Shown here: positions 8,727-17,688 of the stretch, piece after piece
Layout of the letters: every line of letters begins with the position of its first letter
Numbering within the stretch: position 1 is the stretch's first letter
DNA from: Crocinitomicaceae bacterium
Lineage (GTDB): Bacteria > Bacteroidota > Bacteroidia > Flavobacteriales_D > Crocinitomicaceae
Direction of reading: 5' to 3'
Length of the DNA: 64,000 nucleotides
NCBI GenBank assembly: GCA_023957475.1
Contig: JAMLHA010000002.1
Location: 32,465-96,464, forward strand
Notes under the pieces: model-generated
Database searches by the model: none
The model's input: only the letters and a program-made list of their open reading frames with translations
Told to the model about the DNA's origin: nothing
Translations under genes and position numbers: made by a program

Positions 8727-10963
8727 TTGATTTGCTTTTTTCATGCTTTGTTTTTTAAAGGAATGAAAGAGATCGCTTCGCTTGTTCAATAATTTAAAAA
8801 GTTCTTTAAATTTACAGTCATAAACAACAGTTAAATTTTTTAAACTCTTTAATCCTACGTTGTGATTTGCTTTCAATAATTTAAAAAGTTCTTTAAATTT
8901 ACAGTCATAAACAACTGGATCAATTCCTTGTAGTTTGCCATTTACGTTGTGATTTGCTTTCAATAATTTAAAAAGTTCTTTAAATTTACAGTCATAAACA
9001 ACGTCTGCTGTTGTATTTGTTTACGAAAATGGGTTGTGATTTGCTTTCAATAATTTAAAAAGTTCTTTAAATTTACAGTCATAAACAACTTTTTCATCTT
9101 GTTCCAATTTCTCATTTGAGTTGTGATTTGCTTTTTTCATGCTTTGTTTTTTAAAGGAATGAAAGAGATCGCTTCGCTTGTTCAATAATTTAAAAAGTTC
9201 TTTAAATTTACAGTCATAAACAACATATATTCAGCATCTTCACAACTACATTTTGTTGTGATTTGCTTTCAATAATTTAAAAAGTTCTTTAAATTTACAG
9301 TCATAAACAACGTTTGTTTGTGGTGATTCATGGCATACTGTGTTGTGATTTGCTTTCAATAATTTAAAAAGTTCTTTAAATTTACAGTCATAAACAACGC
9401 GTTAATTTCAGCTTGCGAACAAACACCAGTTGTGATTTGCTTTCAATAATTTAAAAAGTTCTTTAAATTTACAGTCATAAACAACATTATAAAGATGTTC
9501 GTATAATGAGCCTACGTTGTGATTTGCTTTCAATAATTTAAAAAGTTCTTTAAATTTACAGTCATAAACAACGATTTGCGCGAAAAAATGGGCTTAAAAT
9601 CAGTTGTGATTTGCTTTCAATAATTTAAAAAGTTCTTTAAATTTACAGTCATAAACAACTGTTTGTAAATGACACAACAGACAACTACGTTGTGATTTGC
9701 TTTCAATAATTTAAAAAGTTCTTTAAATTTACAGTCATAAACAACTTCAATGATTGCTTTTCGTGAGATGAAGCAGTTGTGATTTGCTTTCAATAATTTA
9801 AAAAGTTCTTTAAATTTACAGTCATAAACAACAAATTCTATCAAGACGATTGGTTTGAGTTTGTTGTGATTTGCTTTCAATAATTTAAAAAGTTCTTTAA
9901 ATTTACAGTCATAAACAACAATAATAACTTACTTTCACACCTTTACGATGTTGTGATTTGCTTTCAATAATTTAAAAAGTTCTTTAAATTTACAGTCATA
10001 AACAACTGGCTTTCAATCAACCCCTAACCGACAGGTGTTGTGATTTGCTTTCAATAATTTAAAAAGTTCTTTAAATTTACAGTCATAAACAACCTCCTCC
10101 TTTTTTCAAGTACATTAAAAACTGTTGTGATTTGCTTTCAATAATTTAAAAAGTTCTTTAAATTTACAGTCATAAACAACATTTTCAACGCCTTTGTTTT
10201 CAGATTTAGTGTTGTGATTTGCTTTCAATAATTTAAAAAGTTCTTTAAATTTACAGTCATAAACAACTAATCGTAACCGTGTGACGTAACTCTTTGTGTT
10301 GTGATTTGCTTTCAATAATTTAAAAAGTTCTTTAAATTTACAGTCATAAACAACATATCCTTTGCTATTTTATTTATAGCTAGTGTTGTGATTTGCTTTC
10401 AATAATTTAAAAAGTTCTTTAAATTTACAGTCATAAACAACTAAAGGAACTGTTATAGCATGGCAGTTCCTTGTTGTGATTTGCTTTCAATAATTTAAAA
10501 AGTTCTTTAAATTTACAGTCATAAACAACGCATCGAATGGATAATCCTTTCTTTCGCCTGTTGTGATTTGCTTTCAATAATTTAAAAAGTTCTTTAAATT
10601 TACAGTCATAAACAACATAGAAATGGCACGATTGCAAGCCGAAGCAGTTGTGATTTGCTTTCAATAATTTAAAAAGTTCTTTAAATTTACAGTCATAAAC
10701 AACCTGTTCATTTATTCATCAATGGCAAAATGGTTGTGATTTGCTTTCAATAATTTAAAAAGTTCTTTAAATTTACAGTCATAAACAACTTCCTTTTGCA
10801 CTTCGTTTTCGTTGGCTACGTTGTGATTTGCTTTCAATAATTTAAAAAGTTCTTTAAATTTACAGTCATAAACAACCTTAAAAATAAAGAAAATGTCAAA
10901 AGAATTGTTGTGATTTGCTTTCAATAATTTAAAAAGTTCTTTAAATTTACAGTCATAAACAAC
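8726..10963 (+). CRISPR. Type II-C CRISPR array, 25 repeats / 24 spacers
   Basis: 23 identical 57-nt repeats GTTGTGATTTGCTTTCAATAATTTAAAAAGTTCTTTAAATTTACAGTCATAAACAAC plus long variants at 8726-8828 and 9120-9224; spacers 30 nt (two of 29, one of 31). + orientation inferred from tracrRNA complementarity and the downstream terminator. Confidence 0.97.
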
Positions 10964-10998
10964 GTCAGGTGGTTGTAAGTCAGTGTTTATAAGAGATT

Positions 10999-11043
10999 GA
11001 GTTCTATTGTTCAGAAAACGAAAAATAGAACTCTTTTCTTTTT
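10999..11043 (+). terminator. Intrinsic terminator in the array leader (ends the + strand pre-crRNA)
   Basis: GAGTTCTATT/AATAGAACTC 10-bp stem followed by TTTTCTTTTTTT on the + strand only. Confidence 0.7.
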
Positions 11044-11072
11044 TTAGAACTGTAATTGTACAAAAATCAAAT

Positions 11073-11411
11073 TCAAAACAAGGTCAATTGTTGAGGTGGA
11101 GGAGTGGTTGCTTCGGGTTTTTTTCCGTAAAAAATTTCCATGTTGCCAAATTGTTTGTCTGTAATCGAAAAAACACCAACTTTTCCTTTATCAGGCAATA
11201 TCCGCTTGACATATTTTTTGTGTACGTCTGCATTTTCCACACTCTGGCAAAATCGCATGTAAATGGAAAACTGAAACATCATAAAACCACTTTCTAGTAA
11301 TTTTTTCCGAAACTGAGAGGCTTCTTTGCGTTCTTTCTTTGTTTCGGTCGGTAAATCAAATAATACAAATACCCACATTGTTCTGTATGCGTTAAATCGT
11401 GAATTATCCAT
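11073..11411 (-). CDS. cas2: CRISPR-associated endonuclease Cas2
   Basis: [25 protein letters not shown]; ATG at 11411 preferred over the TTG at 11426. Confidence 0.95.
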   Translation of the reverse strand: MDNSRFNAYRTMWVFVLFDLPTETKKERKEASQFRKKLLESGFMMFQFSIYMRFCQSVENADVHKKYVKRILPDKGKVGVFSITDKQFGNMEIFYGKKPEATTPPPQQLTLF

Positions 11412-11418
11412 AAACGTG

Positions 11419-12309
11419 TTATTCAAATATAGGATAAGGAATTTTGCGAACTTCTTGGGAAAAACAACGGTTCAATCCTGCTGTTGTTGAACTTACAGCA
11501 TGAAACAAGGGGCGTGTCATTTTACCTATATTGACATCCAATTGCGGAAGTTTTAAAAGTTCTATTTTTTGCTCTTTTGTTAATTCGTCTGTTTTTTCCT
11601 TTTGAATCATTTGAAAAACAATCCAATCAACAAAAGGACGATACGGTTCCATAATATCATCGGCTAAACAAAATGCGTTGTATTGATTTTTGTGAAAAAG
11701 CCCAAATGATGGATGTAAGCCCGATGCTGTCAAAGCGCGAGCAACAATAGATCGCAATATGGCATAACCATAATTGAGTTGCGAATTGGGTGTGTTTCGT
11801 TCTTGTGATCGTATAAAATCTGTTCCATACAGTTGATTCCAGTAATGCCCTGCCGCTTGTCCCTCACAATTAGTGCTGTCATCACTGAGAACCTGTTCTC
11901 TCAACACATACAAACGCTGACTGTTGAGGTTTAATTTGTCCAATAGTAAAGCTTGATTGTGAATTTTAGCTTTGACAGTTTGTTGCCACAGTTGCTTTTT
12001 GAGTGGCGCACTTGCTTCCACTTGCGTTTTCATTACTTTGGTTTGTAATGTATTTGCATCAAAAGGAAGAAATAGACCGCTTGGCATGTAGTTTTTATCA
12101 CATGAAACCAATGCGATGTTTTCACTCATAAAAGCTTCTAAAACAGCCGTAGTTAGTGTGATTTGTGGATTTTCCAAAACAACCATTCCCAAATCCATGA
12201 TAGGAACGGAATGTTTGGTTCTGCTATCATCTTTGAGTTCTACTATAAGTTGGTTGTTTTGAACGCTCAGATGAGCAGGATTGCTGAAGTGAAGAGTGCG
12301 TTTTACCAT
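11419..12309 (-). CDS. cas1: Type II CRISPR-associated endonuclease Cas1
   Basis: [36 protein letters not shown]; no cas4 or csn2 in locus, so II-C. Confidence 0.96.
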   Translation of the reverse strand: MVKRTLHFSNPAHLSVQNNQLIVELKDDSRTKHSVPIMDLGMVVLENPQITLTTAVLEAFMSENIALVSCDKNYMPSGLFLPFDANTLQTKVMKTQVEASAPLKKQLWQQTVKAKIHNQALLLDKLNLNSQRLYVLREQVLSDDSTNCEGQAAGHYWNQLYGTDFIRSQERNTPNSQLNYGYAILRSIVARALTASGLHPSFGLFHKNQYNAFCLADDIMEPYRPFVDWIVFQMIQKEKTDELTKEQKIELLKLPQLDVNIGKMTRPLFHAVSSTTAGLNRCFSQEVRKIPYPIFE

Positions 12310-12312
12310 TGT

Positions 12313-12339
12313 AAATAGTTTAACGTTTGTAAACTATTT
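12313..12339. promoter_or_regulatory. 10-bp inverted repeat directly upstream of the cas1 start
   Basis: AAATAGTTTA-N7-TAAACTATTT, 3 nt from the ATG. Confidence 0.5.
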
Positions 12340-12370
12340 TACCGGTATTAAATGAAAAGGTTACGTTTTC

Positions 12371-12799
12371 TTATTGATTTTTAATGAGTTGAACAGTTTG
12401 TTGGAGTTCGTCTAATCGTTTTTGATTGATAGAATAACCTTGTACTAAAACATCTTTTAGTTTTTGAGTTGCCCATTGACGAAATTGAGTACCTCGTTTT
12501 GAGTTAATTCGATAGCCAACAGATAAGATGGCGTCTAAATTGTACAATTTTACCTTTCTGTTTACTATGCGTTTTCCTTCTTTTTGAACTAACGAGGAAT
12601 ACTCGGTAGTTGCATTTTCTTCTAACTCTTCTTCTCTATATATATTTTTTAGATGCAAGCTTATAGTATCTGTGTCTTTATCGAATAACTCTGCCATCTG
12701 CTTTTGAGTGAGCCAAATCGTTTCTCTATCTAAATTCACTTGAATTTCTGTTCCCGTTTGAGTTTTATATATTTTTATTTCTTTTCCTCTTTTTTGCAT
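12371..12799 (-). CDS. RhuM-family protein, N-terminal DNA-binding-like domain only (142 aa)
   Basis: ETIWLTQKQMAELF, YNLDAILSVGYRINSKRGTQFRQWAT; ends shortly after, no Fic/Doc domain. Confidence 0.82.
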   Translation of the reverse strand: MQKRGKEIKIYKTQTGTEIQVNLDRETIWLTQKQMAELFDKDTDTISLHLKNIYREEELEENATTEYSSLVQKEGKRIVNRKVKLYNLDAILSVGYRINSKRGTQFRQWATQKLKDVLVQGYSINQKRLDELQQTVQLIKNQ

Positions 12800-12804
12800 A
12801 AGTC

Positions 12805-13104
12805 TTAGTTTACTCGGTAGCTGACTGATAATATAGCATCTAAATTGTAGTATTCAACCTGTTTAGTTTGTGTTTTCCTCTGTATAGCACCATGTTGAGT
12901 GGTATGTGCATTTTTTGCACATACCACTTTTTCTTCTAATTCTTCCGTTTTGAAAATGTTATTTATATGTTTGGTAATCAAAGTTCTATCTCGCTGAAAT
13001 AAATCTGCAATTTGTTGTTGGGTTAACCAAAAGGTTTCATTATCAAATTTCATATTAATTTGAGTTTGATTGTCGGAAGTCTGGTAGATGATGATTTTGT
13101 TCAT
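12805..13104 (-). CDS. Second, shorter RhuM-family paralog (99 aa), possibly pseudogenized
   Basis: ETFWLTQQQIADLF, YYNLDAILSVSYRVN then stop in the middle of the conserved YRVNS..TQFR motif. Confidence 0.72.
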   Translation of the reverse strand: MNKIIIYQTSDNQTQINMKFDNETFWLTQQQIADLFQRDRTLITKHINNIFKTEELEEKVVCAKNAHTTQHGAIQRKTQTKQVEYYNLDAILSVSYRVN

Positions 13105-13107
13105 TAA

Positions 13108-16100
13108 TTATGCTCTTGAGATGTTGCCTAATCTATCAACTTTGAGTTTGATGCAAATTTCTTTTTCTGAAGTAAATTCAATCTTATTCAATTGAGTAAA
13201 TTCTGTTTTATTCACAATAGCTGTAGAAACTGATTGTGGAATGCCATATAATCGTCCTCCCGTAAAACTCACAACTTTATAAATATTCTTAATACCTATT
13301 TCAGCATCATTCCCACTTGGCACATACACCAAATCATTCGGCGAAAGGCTGAACAACAAACGATGACCTTTTTCATTCAACTCAGGAACAGATGTCAAAC
13401 CTTGTTTTTGTCGTTCGATAACCACATTCAAAGGAATGGTGTCATAACTGCGTTTTCCGTCTTTGTCGGCGTAGATTCCGAAAAACAGATTCGTGCCTTT
13501 TGCCGCCTCTACATATTTTTCTGTTTTGTTGCCTGTTTCTCCTAATGCAAACTTACTTCCTTGTTCAAAAACCCTCACTTTCAGAATCGGCTGATGTTGT
13601 TTTCCGTCGTTATACAAAGTGATGCTTTGGTTCATTTCTTCGATTCCTTCGGGTGAAAATGCGATTTCAGGATTACCACCTTTTACTTTTAAATAATTCA
13701 ATAAAATTTTCTGAATTCCAGTGTCGGTAATCGAAGAAATTAATTTTTCGTTGAAAGAACTATCTAAACTTTTTCTTGTTGCGGTTAGAATTTTCCCTTT
13801 GGCAACTTTTATTCTGTCTAATTGCACTTTTCCCGAAACGGTTTCTTTATGCAACGGTTTCCTAATCGCCCAATTTGTTCCTTCTTGTTTTACAATTCCT
13901 TTTACTTTTTCGCCGTTTTTCTCGACATATTTTTCGTAATAATTGGTTGCTTTGTTGATGACACGAGTATTTTGTTTGAAACTTACCACGATACTTTCCA
14001 AAGCCTTTTTGGCATCGACAGTAAAGTTGTTCCAAGGTTTTAAAAAGTCTTTAAACGCTGTTTTTTCTTTTCCGTCTTTATCTCGATACGTTTCTTGTAT
14101 TCTCAATTTATGTTGTAAATCGTAGCGTTTCAAATCAGATTTTGCAGATTCGTTATTCAACAAATTAATGTGGTCACGAGTAGCGCACGCAATCACCAGA
14201 GCGTCCATTGCATGATGGCGATGGTCAATTCTTTTCTTTGAAAAACCTTTTGACAATTCAAGCGGAACAGTCGGTAAAAACTTCTGGTATTTTTCGTTCC
14301 AAGTTGTAAAATCAGTTGAATTGGTTAATTGATTCATTCGTTCAAAACGTGGTAAAATCAATTCGTTCCAAACTGCTTCTAATCCCCAGTCTAGTTTTAA
14401 ACGTGTGGTGATTTTCCCATTTCCAGGAAGTAAATTTTTAGAATTGTACCCATCATCGTTGCTTCCGTCTTTATCATCACGCACAATATTTGACAACAAG
14501 TTTGAAACATATTTGCTGATGTAACGTGTATCGTTCATTTGACGCTCAACCATTTTTTCAGGAATTTCTTCCATCAATAATTTGTTTCGTTTCGCACGAT
14601 TTTTAGCATAATGTTCTTTTACAAATTCTTCGTAATCCGCTATTTCAAGTATCTGAACAGCTTTGTTTCCAATGGTAACTTTTTCTCCGTGATGATTTTT
14701 GATGAATTCAAAACCAAGCTGTCTATCTTTCAGTTTGTTAACTTCAGCTTCACAAATCACTTTATTGTTAAATCCATCATCAAAAAATCGACTTTGTGGA
14801 ATGATATGTTCAATCTCATATTCGTGCGTAAAGAGCTTATTTAATGGAATGATTTGCCCTGTATAAGGTGATTTGTATTTTTGTTCTAACCAAAGTTTGT
14901 AGCGTTTTAAATCAGCACTTGAAGGTTGTGCCGTTTTGCTGATTTTAAGAATATCCTCATCAATTTCGGCTTCGGAACTCAATGCACCGTCTTCATAAAT
15001 TTTCAAAATTTCTTGTTGCATTGGCGAGTATGGACGAACATTTTCCACATTACTATCTAGAGCCATTTCTGCTAACAAAGCTTTAATGCGCAAATTGGTA
15101 TTTTCGTTTTCGGTAACCATGTTGGTTAACCTTTTTCGTTCATCAGCCGTATTTTTCATTTCACGACCTAATTCAATATGAATTTCAGAGAAGAAATCTT
15201 TAGCTCCGTTGCCATATTTGATCCAAATATCCTTTACTACACGTAATGTTTCTGTGATTACTTGCTCCACAATTGGGTTTCGTAAAGAGTGTTGTTTGAA
15301 CTCATTTAAAAAATCTTCCAAATCCTTAACTGAATTCCATTTGCCTGAAACAGATGCTTCGGAATGACGACCGTAAACAATGTATTGAGCCAACCACAAC
15401 GGCAATCCTTGGAAATCATTTTCAGATTTCAGATGATACTTTTCTGCTTTTTCACGGATTTTATTTTTGATGTTTTCATCGTATTCGCCTGTGATGATTT
15501 TCCCAATTCGGTCTTTTGAGCTTGTGTGAATTTCATTCCAATCCCAAGATTTCCCGAAACGCATCAAGGGTAACAATTTCTTAATTGCTTTTTCTGAAAA
15601 ACTGCCGTAATCACTTTTGAAAGGTGGAAATTTCTTGAAATTATCAAAGAAAGAATCTACATTCAGTTGATTTTTTTCTGCAAATTTCTTTAATGCTTTT
15701 TCGTATTCAATTTTATCATTTACAGAATAGATAATATGCCACAATGCCATTTCTTTATCAAAAGTCAAGAAATCCGCAGGAACATTCTCGGTTTTATCCA
15801 ATCTTGATTGAATTAAATATCTCGTTTCGTTGCACGGATAGGTTTTATCTTCCACATAATTCCAGCGGTATTTTTCGGTTTCCGCTTTCGGAACTTTCTT
15901 GATTTCTAATTTTCTTTTGAGCAAAAATTCGATTAATTGCTTTTGGTCAATTTCTTTTTTAGTATTCAAAAAATGCAATAATTCCTCCCAATCATTTTGA
16001 TTCGGCAAAAATTCATTGGTAACATTTACATCATCATCTTTTCGGTAAATAGCGAGATTTTGCATCCATTGCAATAACCTAAATTCCTGATAATAAGGAT

Positions 16101-17400
16101 TTGATTTTGAAACAACTTTTATAGGAAAAACAATACCCTCTTTTGATTTTCTACTCTCTAAGGAACAATTTGAAATGGAAGATTTTTGGCTACGCAAAGG
16201 TCGCTGATAAAAGATAATGTCATTCAAAAACAAATGCACAAAATCTTTCGCAGAAAGCAATTGCTGGTGTTGTTCATTGTTTCGATACAATTCTCGAACG
16301 CAATCCATTAACAAATTTTCATCTTGCAATTCCGAATGAAATTCTTTTTGTTTGGTAAGAATTTTAAAGAGTTCGTCTTTGTAAAATTTACGTTCAATCG
16401 TACGAACCAATTTTCCTTTTATTTTTTGTTTTGGATTTAATAAAAGGTTGTCGAAAATGTATGTCCCGACTGTTTTATTAGAGTTGCTAATATCTTTTTC
16501 TGATTTCTTTTTCAACAAAGTCCAATCATCAGCACTTGGTGCTCGAAAACTTCTTTTTACGCTTCCTTCTTTGTCTAATTTCTCCGTTCCGTCATCATTC
16601 AAATCGGTCGTAACAATAAATTCTTTGACTTTATCTTTCCAATCAAACAACTCCGTTTTACTTGAACGACGGTAAATCCAACCGTTTTCCAAATGCATTG
16701 AATACCAAGTCTCTCCTTTATTATTTTTAGTTTCATCCGCAACAACTTCAACCACTTTCAAAGAATGAAATTCTACTAATTTGTTCGGGTTTTCTTCTTC
16801 CTCCTCTCCACGCAATTGATAATAACCACGTTTCTGATTAAAATTCAGAATAATCCACGCCAATTCTTCTTTTTCAATTTTTTGAGTCAATGCTTTTTTA
16901 CGTAAATAGTAAATCGTCCAATCGTGAGGAATTAAACAATCATTGCCATTTTTATCTTTCAGAAATTCAGGTTGATATTCCTTAAAATCTTCCAACATTT
17001 CATAAAAAGAAGATTGAAACAAAAATCCATTTTGGGAATAAGCTAATTTAGGTTCTGTTTCAGGAATAAATTTTCCAAAGCGTTTGTCAAAATCAATTTG
17101 AGTATCATAATGTTCTGGCAAAAAACCTAACAAATGTAATACTCTGTGCAAACGCTCTCTTCTCAATAAATGGCGTTCTCTTAATCTACGAGTACCTCTG
17201 TACCCAGTACGTTCTGCTGTTTGAGAAACTGAATTTCCTTTGTCAAAGTCGCCCATAATCGCCGCATCCATCGGAATAATTCGACTTCCCATGCCGAGTA
17301 TCTCGCCTTGTTTATTTTCAAAGTCTTGTTGAACAAGTGCCCATCCTATCGAATTCGTTCCCAAATCCAATCCAAGTATTGTTTTATTTGTGTTTTCCAT
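13108..17400 (-). CDS. cas9: Type II-C Cas9 (large Bacteroidota type, 1430 aa)
   Basis: RuvC-I ILGLDLGTNSIGWA, Arg-rich bridge helix, HNH EIEHIIPQS...NKVIC, RuvC-III DHRHHAMDA; catalytic residues look intact. Confidence 0.97.
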   Translation of the reverse strand: MENTNKTILGLDLGTNSIGWALVQQDFENKQGEILGMGSRIIPMDAAIMGDFDKGNSVSQTAERTGYRGTRRLRERHLLRRERLHRVLHLLGFLPEHYDTQIDFDKRFGKFIPETEPKLAYSQNGFLFQSSFYEMLEDFKEYQPEFLKDKNGNDCLIPHDWTIYYLRKKALTQKIEKEELAWIILNFNQKRGYYQLRGEEEEENPNKLVEFHSLKVVEVVADETKNNKGETWYSMHLENGWIYRRSSKTELFDWKDKVKEFIVTTDLNDDGTEKLDKEGSVKRSFRAPSADDWTLLKKKSEKDISNSNKTVGTYIFDNLLLNPKQKIKGKLVRTIERKFYKDELFKILTKQKEFHSELQDENLLMDCVRELYRNNEQHQQLLSAKDFVHLFLNDIIFYQRPLRSQKSSISNCSLESRKSKEGIVFPIKVVSKSNPYYQEFRLLQWMQNLAIYRKDDDVNVTNEFLPNQNDWEELLHFLNTKKEIDQKQLIEFLLKRKLEIKKVPKAETEKYRWNYVEDKTYPCNETRYLIQSRLDKTENVPADFLTFDKEMALWHIIYSVNDKIEYEKALKKFAEKNQLNVDSFFDNFKKFPPFKSDYGSFSEKAIKKLLPLMRFGKSWDWNEIHTSSKDRIGKIITGEYDENIKNKIREKAEKYHLKSENDFQGLPLWLAQYIVYGRHSEASVSGKWNSVKDLEDFLNEFKQHSLRNPIVEQVITETLRVVKDIWIKYGNGAKDFFSEIHIELGREMKNTADERKRLTNMVTENENTNLRIKALLAEMALDSNVENVRPYSPMQQEILKIYEDGALSSEAEIDEDILKISKTAQPSSADLKRYKLWLEQKYKSPYTGQIIPLNKLFTHEYEIEHIIPQSRFFDDGFNNKVICEAEVNKLKDRQLGFEFIKNHHGEKVTIGNKAVQILEIADYEEFVKEHYAKNRAKRNKLLMEEIPEKMVERQMNDTRYISKYVSNLLSNIVRDDKDGSNDDGYNSKNLLPGNGKITTRLKLDWGLEAVWNELILPRFERMNQLTNSTDFTTWNEKYQKFLPTVPLELSKGFSKKRIDHRHHAMDALVIACATRDHINLLNNESAKSDLKRYDLQHKLRIQETYRDKDGKEKTAFKDFLKPWNNFTVDAKKALESIVVSFKQNTRVINKATNYYEKYVEKNGEKVKGIVKQEGTNWAIRKPLHKETVSGKVQLDRIKVAKGKILTATRKSLDSSFNEKLISSITDTGIQKILLNYLKVKGGNPEIAFSPEGIEEMNQSITLYNDGKQHQPILKVRVFEQGSKFALGETGNKTEKYVEAAKGTNLFFGIYADKDGKRSYDTIPLNVVIERQKQGLTSVPELNEKGHRLLFSLSPNDLVYVPSGNDAEIGIKNIYKVVSFTGGRLYGIPQSVSTAIVNKTEFTQLNKIEFTSEKEICIKLKVDRLGNISRA

Positions 17401-17495
17401 AGTTTCAATTATTGTATGTAAATGATCAGCTTCATTTAAGAATTTGAATATAATAAGAAATTTTTAAAAAATGTGTTTAGTATCAAAATAATTTC

Positions 17496-17503
17496 TATAT
17501 TTG
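17496..17503 (+). promoter_or_regulatory. Bacteroidota -7 promoter box for tracrRNA
   Basis: TATATTTG matches TAnnTTTG just upstream of the anti-repeat. Confidence 0.7.
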
Positions 17504-17505
17504 AA

Positions 17506-17588
17506 TATTGAAAGCAAATCACAATAAGGATTATTCCGTTGTGAAAACATTTGGGTTGCCTCTTGTCCACAATCAGGAGGTTTTTTTA
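17506..17588 (+). ncRNA. tracrRNA
   Basis: TATTGAAAGCAAATCACAA is the reverse complement of repeat nt 2-20; followed by TAAGGATTATTCCGTTGTGAAAAC nexus-like segment and a CCTCTTG/CAGGAGG hairpin with T7 tract. Confidence 0.9.
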
Positions 17589-17631
17589 TGCCCAAATGTT
17601 TCAAAATCCATGAAAATAGAAGTAGTTCAGC

Positions 17632-17665
17632 AAAAAAAACGAGGCATTAATTTATCTGCCTCGTT
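17632..17665 (-). terminator. Intrinsic terminator of the DEAD-box helicase gene
   Basis: AACGAGGCA/TGCCTCGTT 9-bp stem with T tract on the - strand. Confidence 0.8.
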
Positions 17666-17688
17666 CTTAGTTATAAATTTCTGTTTGT

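Noticed and set aside
8829-10906. Many spacers look T-rich on the crRNA strand, as if antisense to phage mRNA
   Set aside because: About two thirds are T>A by rough count; too weak with 24 spacers and untestable without protospacers.
8829-10906. Self-targeting spacers or duplicated spacers
   Set aside because: None noticed by eye within the window; an exhaustive search was not possible.
8682-10924. Series of minus-strand ORFs beginning MKANHN in the ORF track
   Set aside because: They arise because the stop-free 57-nt repeat plus a 30-nt spacer is 87 nt (in frame); no sign of real coding. The tracrRNA gives the same false start at 17508.
12371-13104. The two RhuM ORFs as one frameshifted or read-through gene
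   Set aside because: They are paralogous copies of the same N-terminal region; read-through of the first stop gives DLCKKEEKK* with no RhuM continuation.
13108-17400. Catalytically dead or domain-variant Cas9
   Set aside because: RuvC-I Asp, HNH His and RuvC-III HH..DA are present, and length is typical for large Bacteroidota II-C Cas9.
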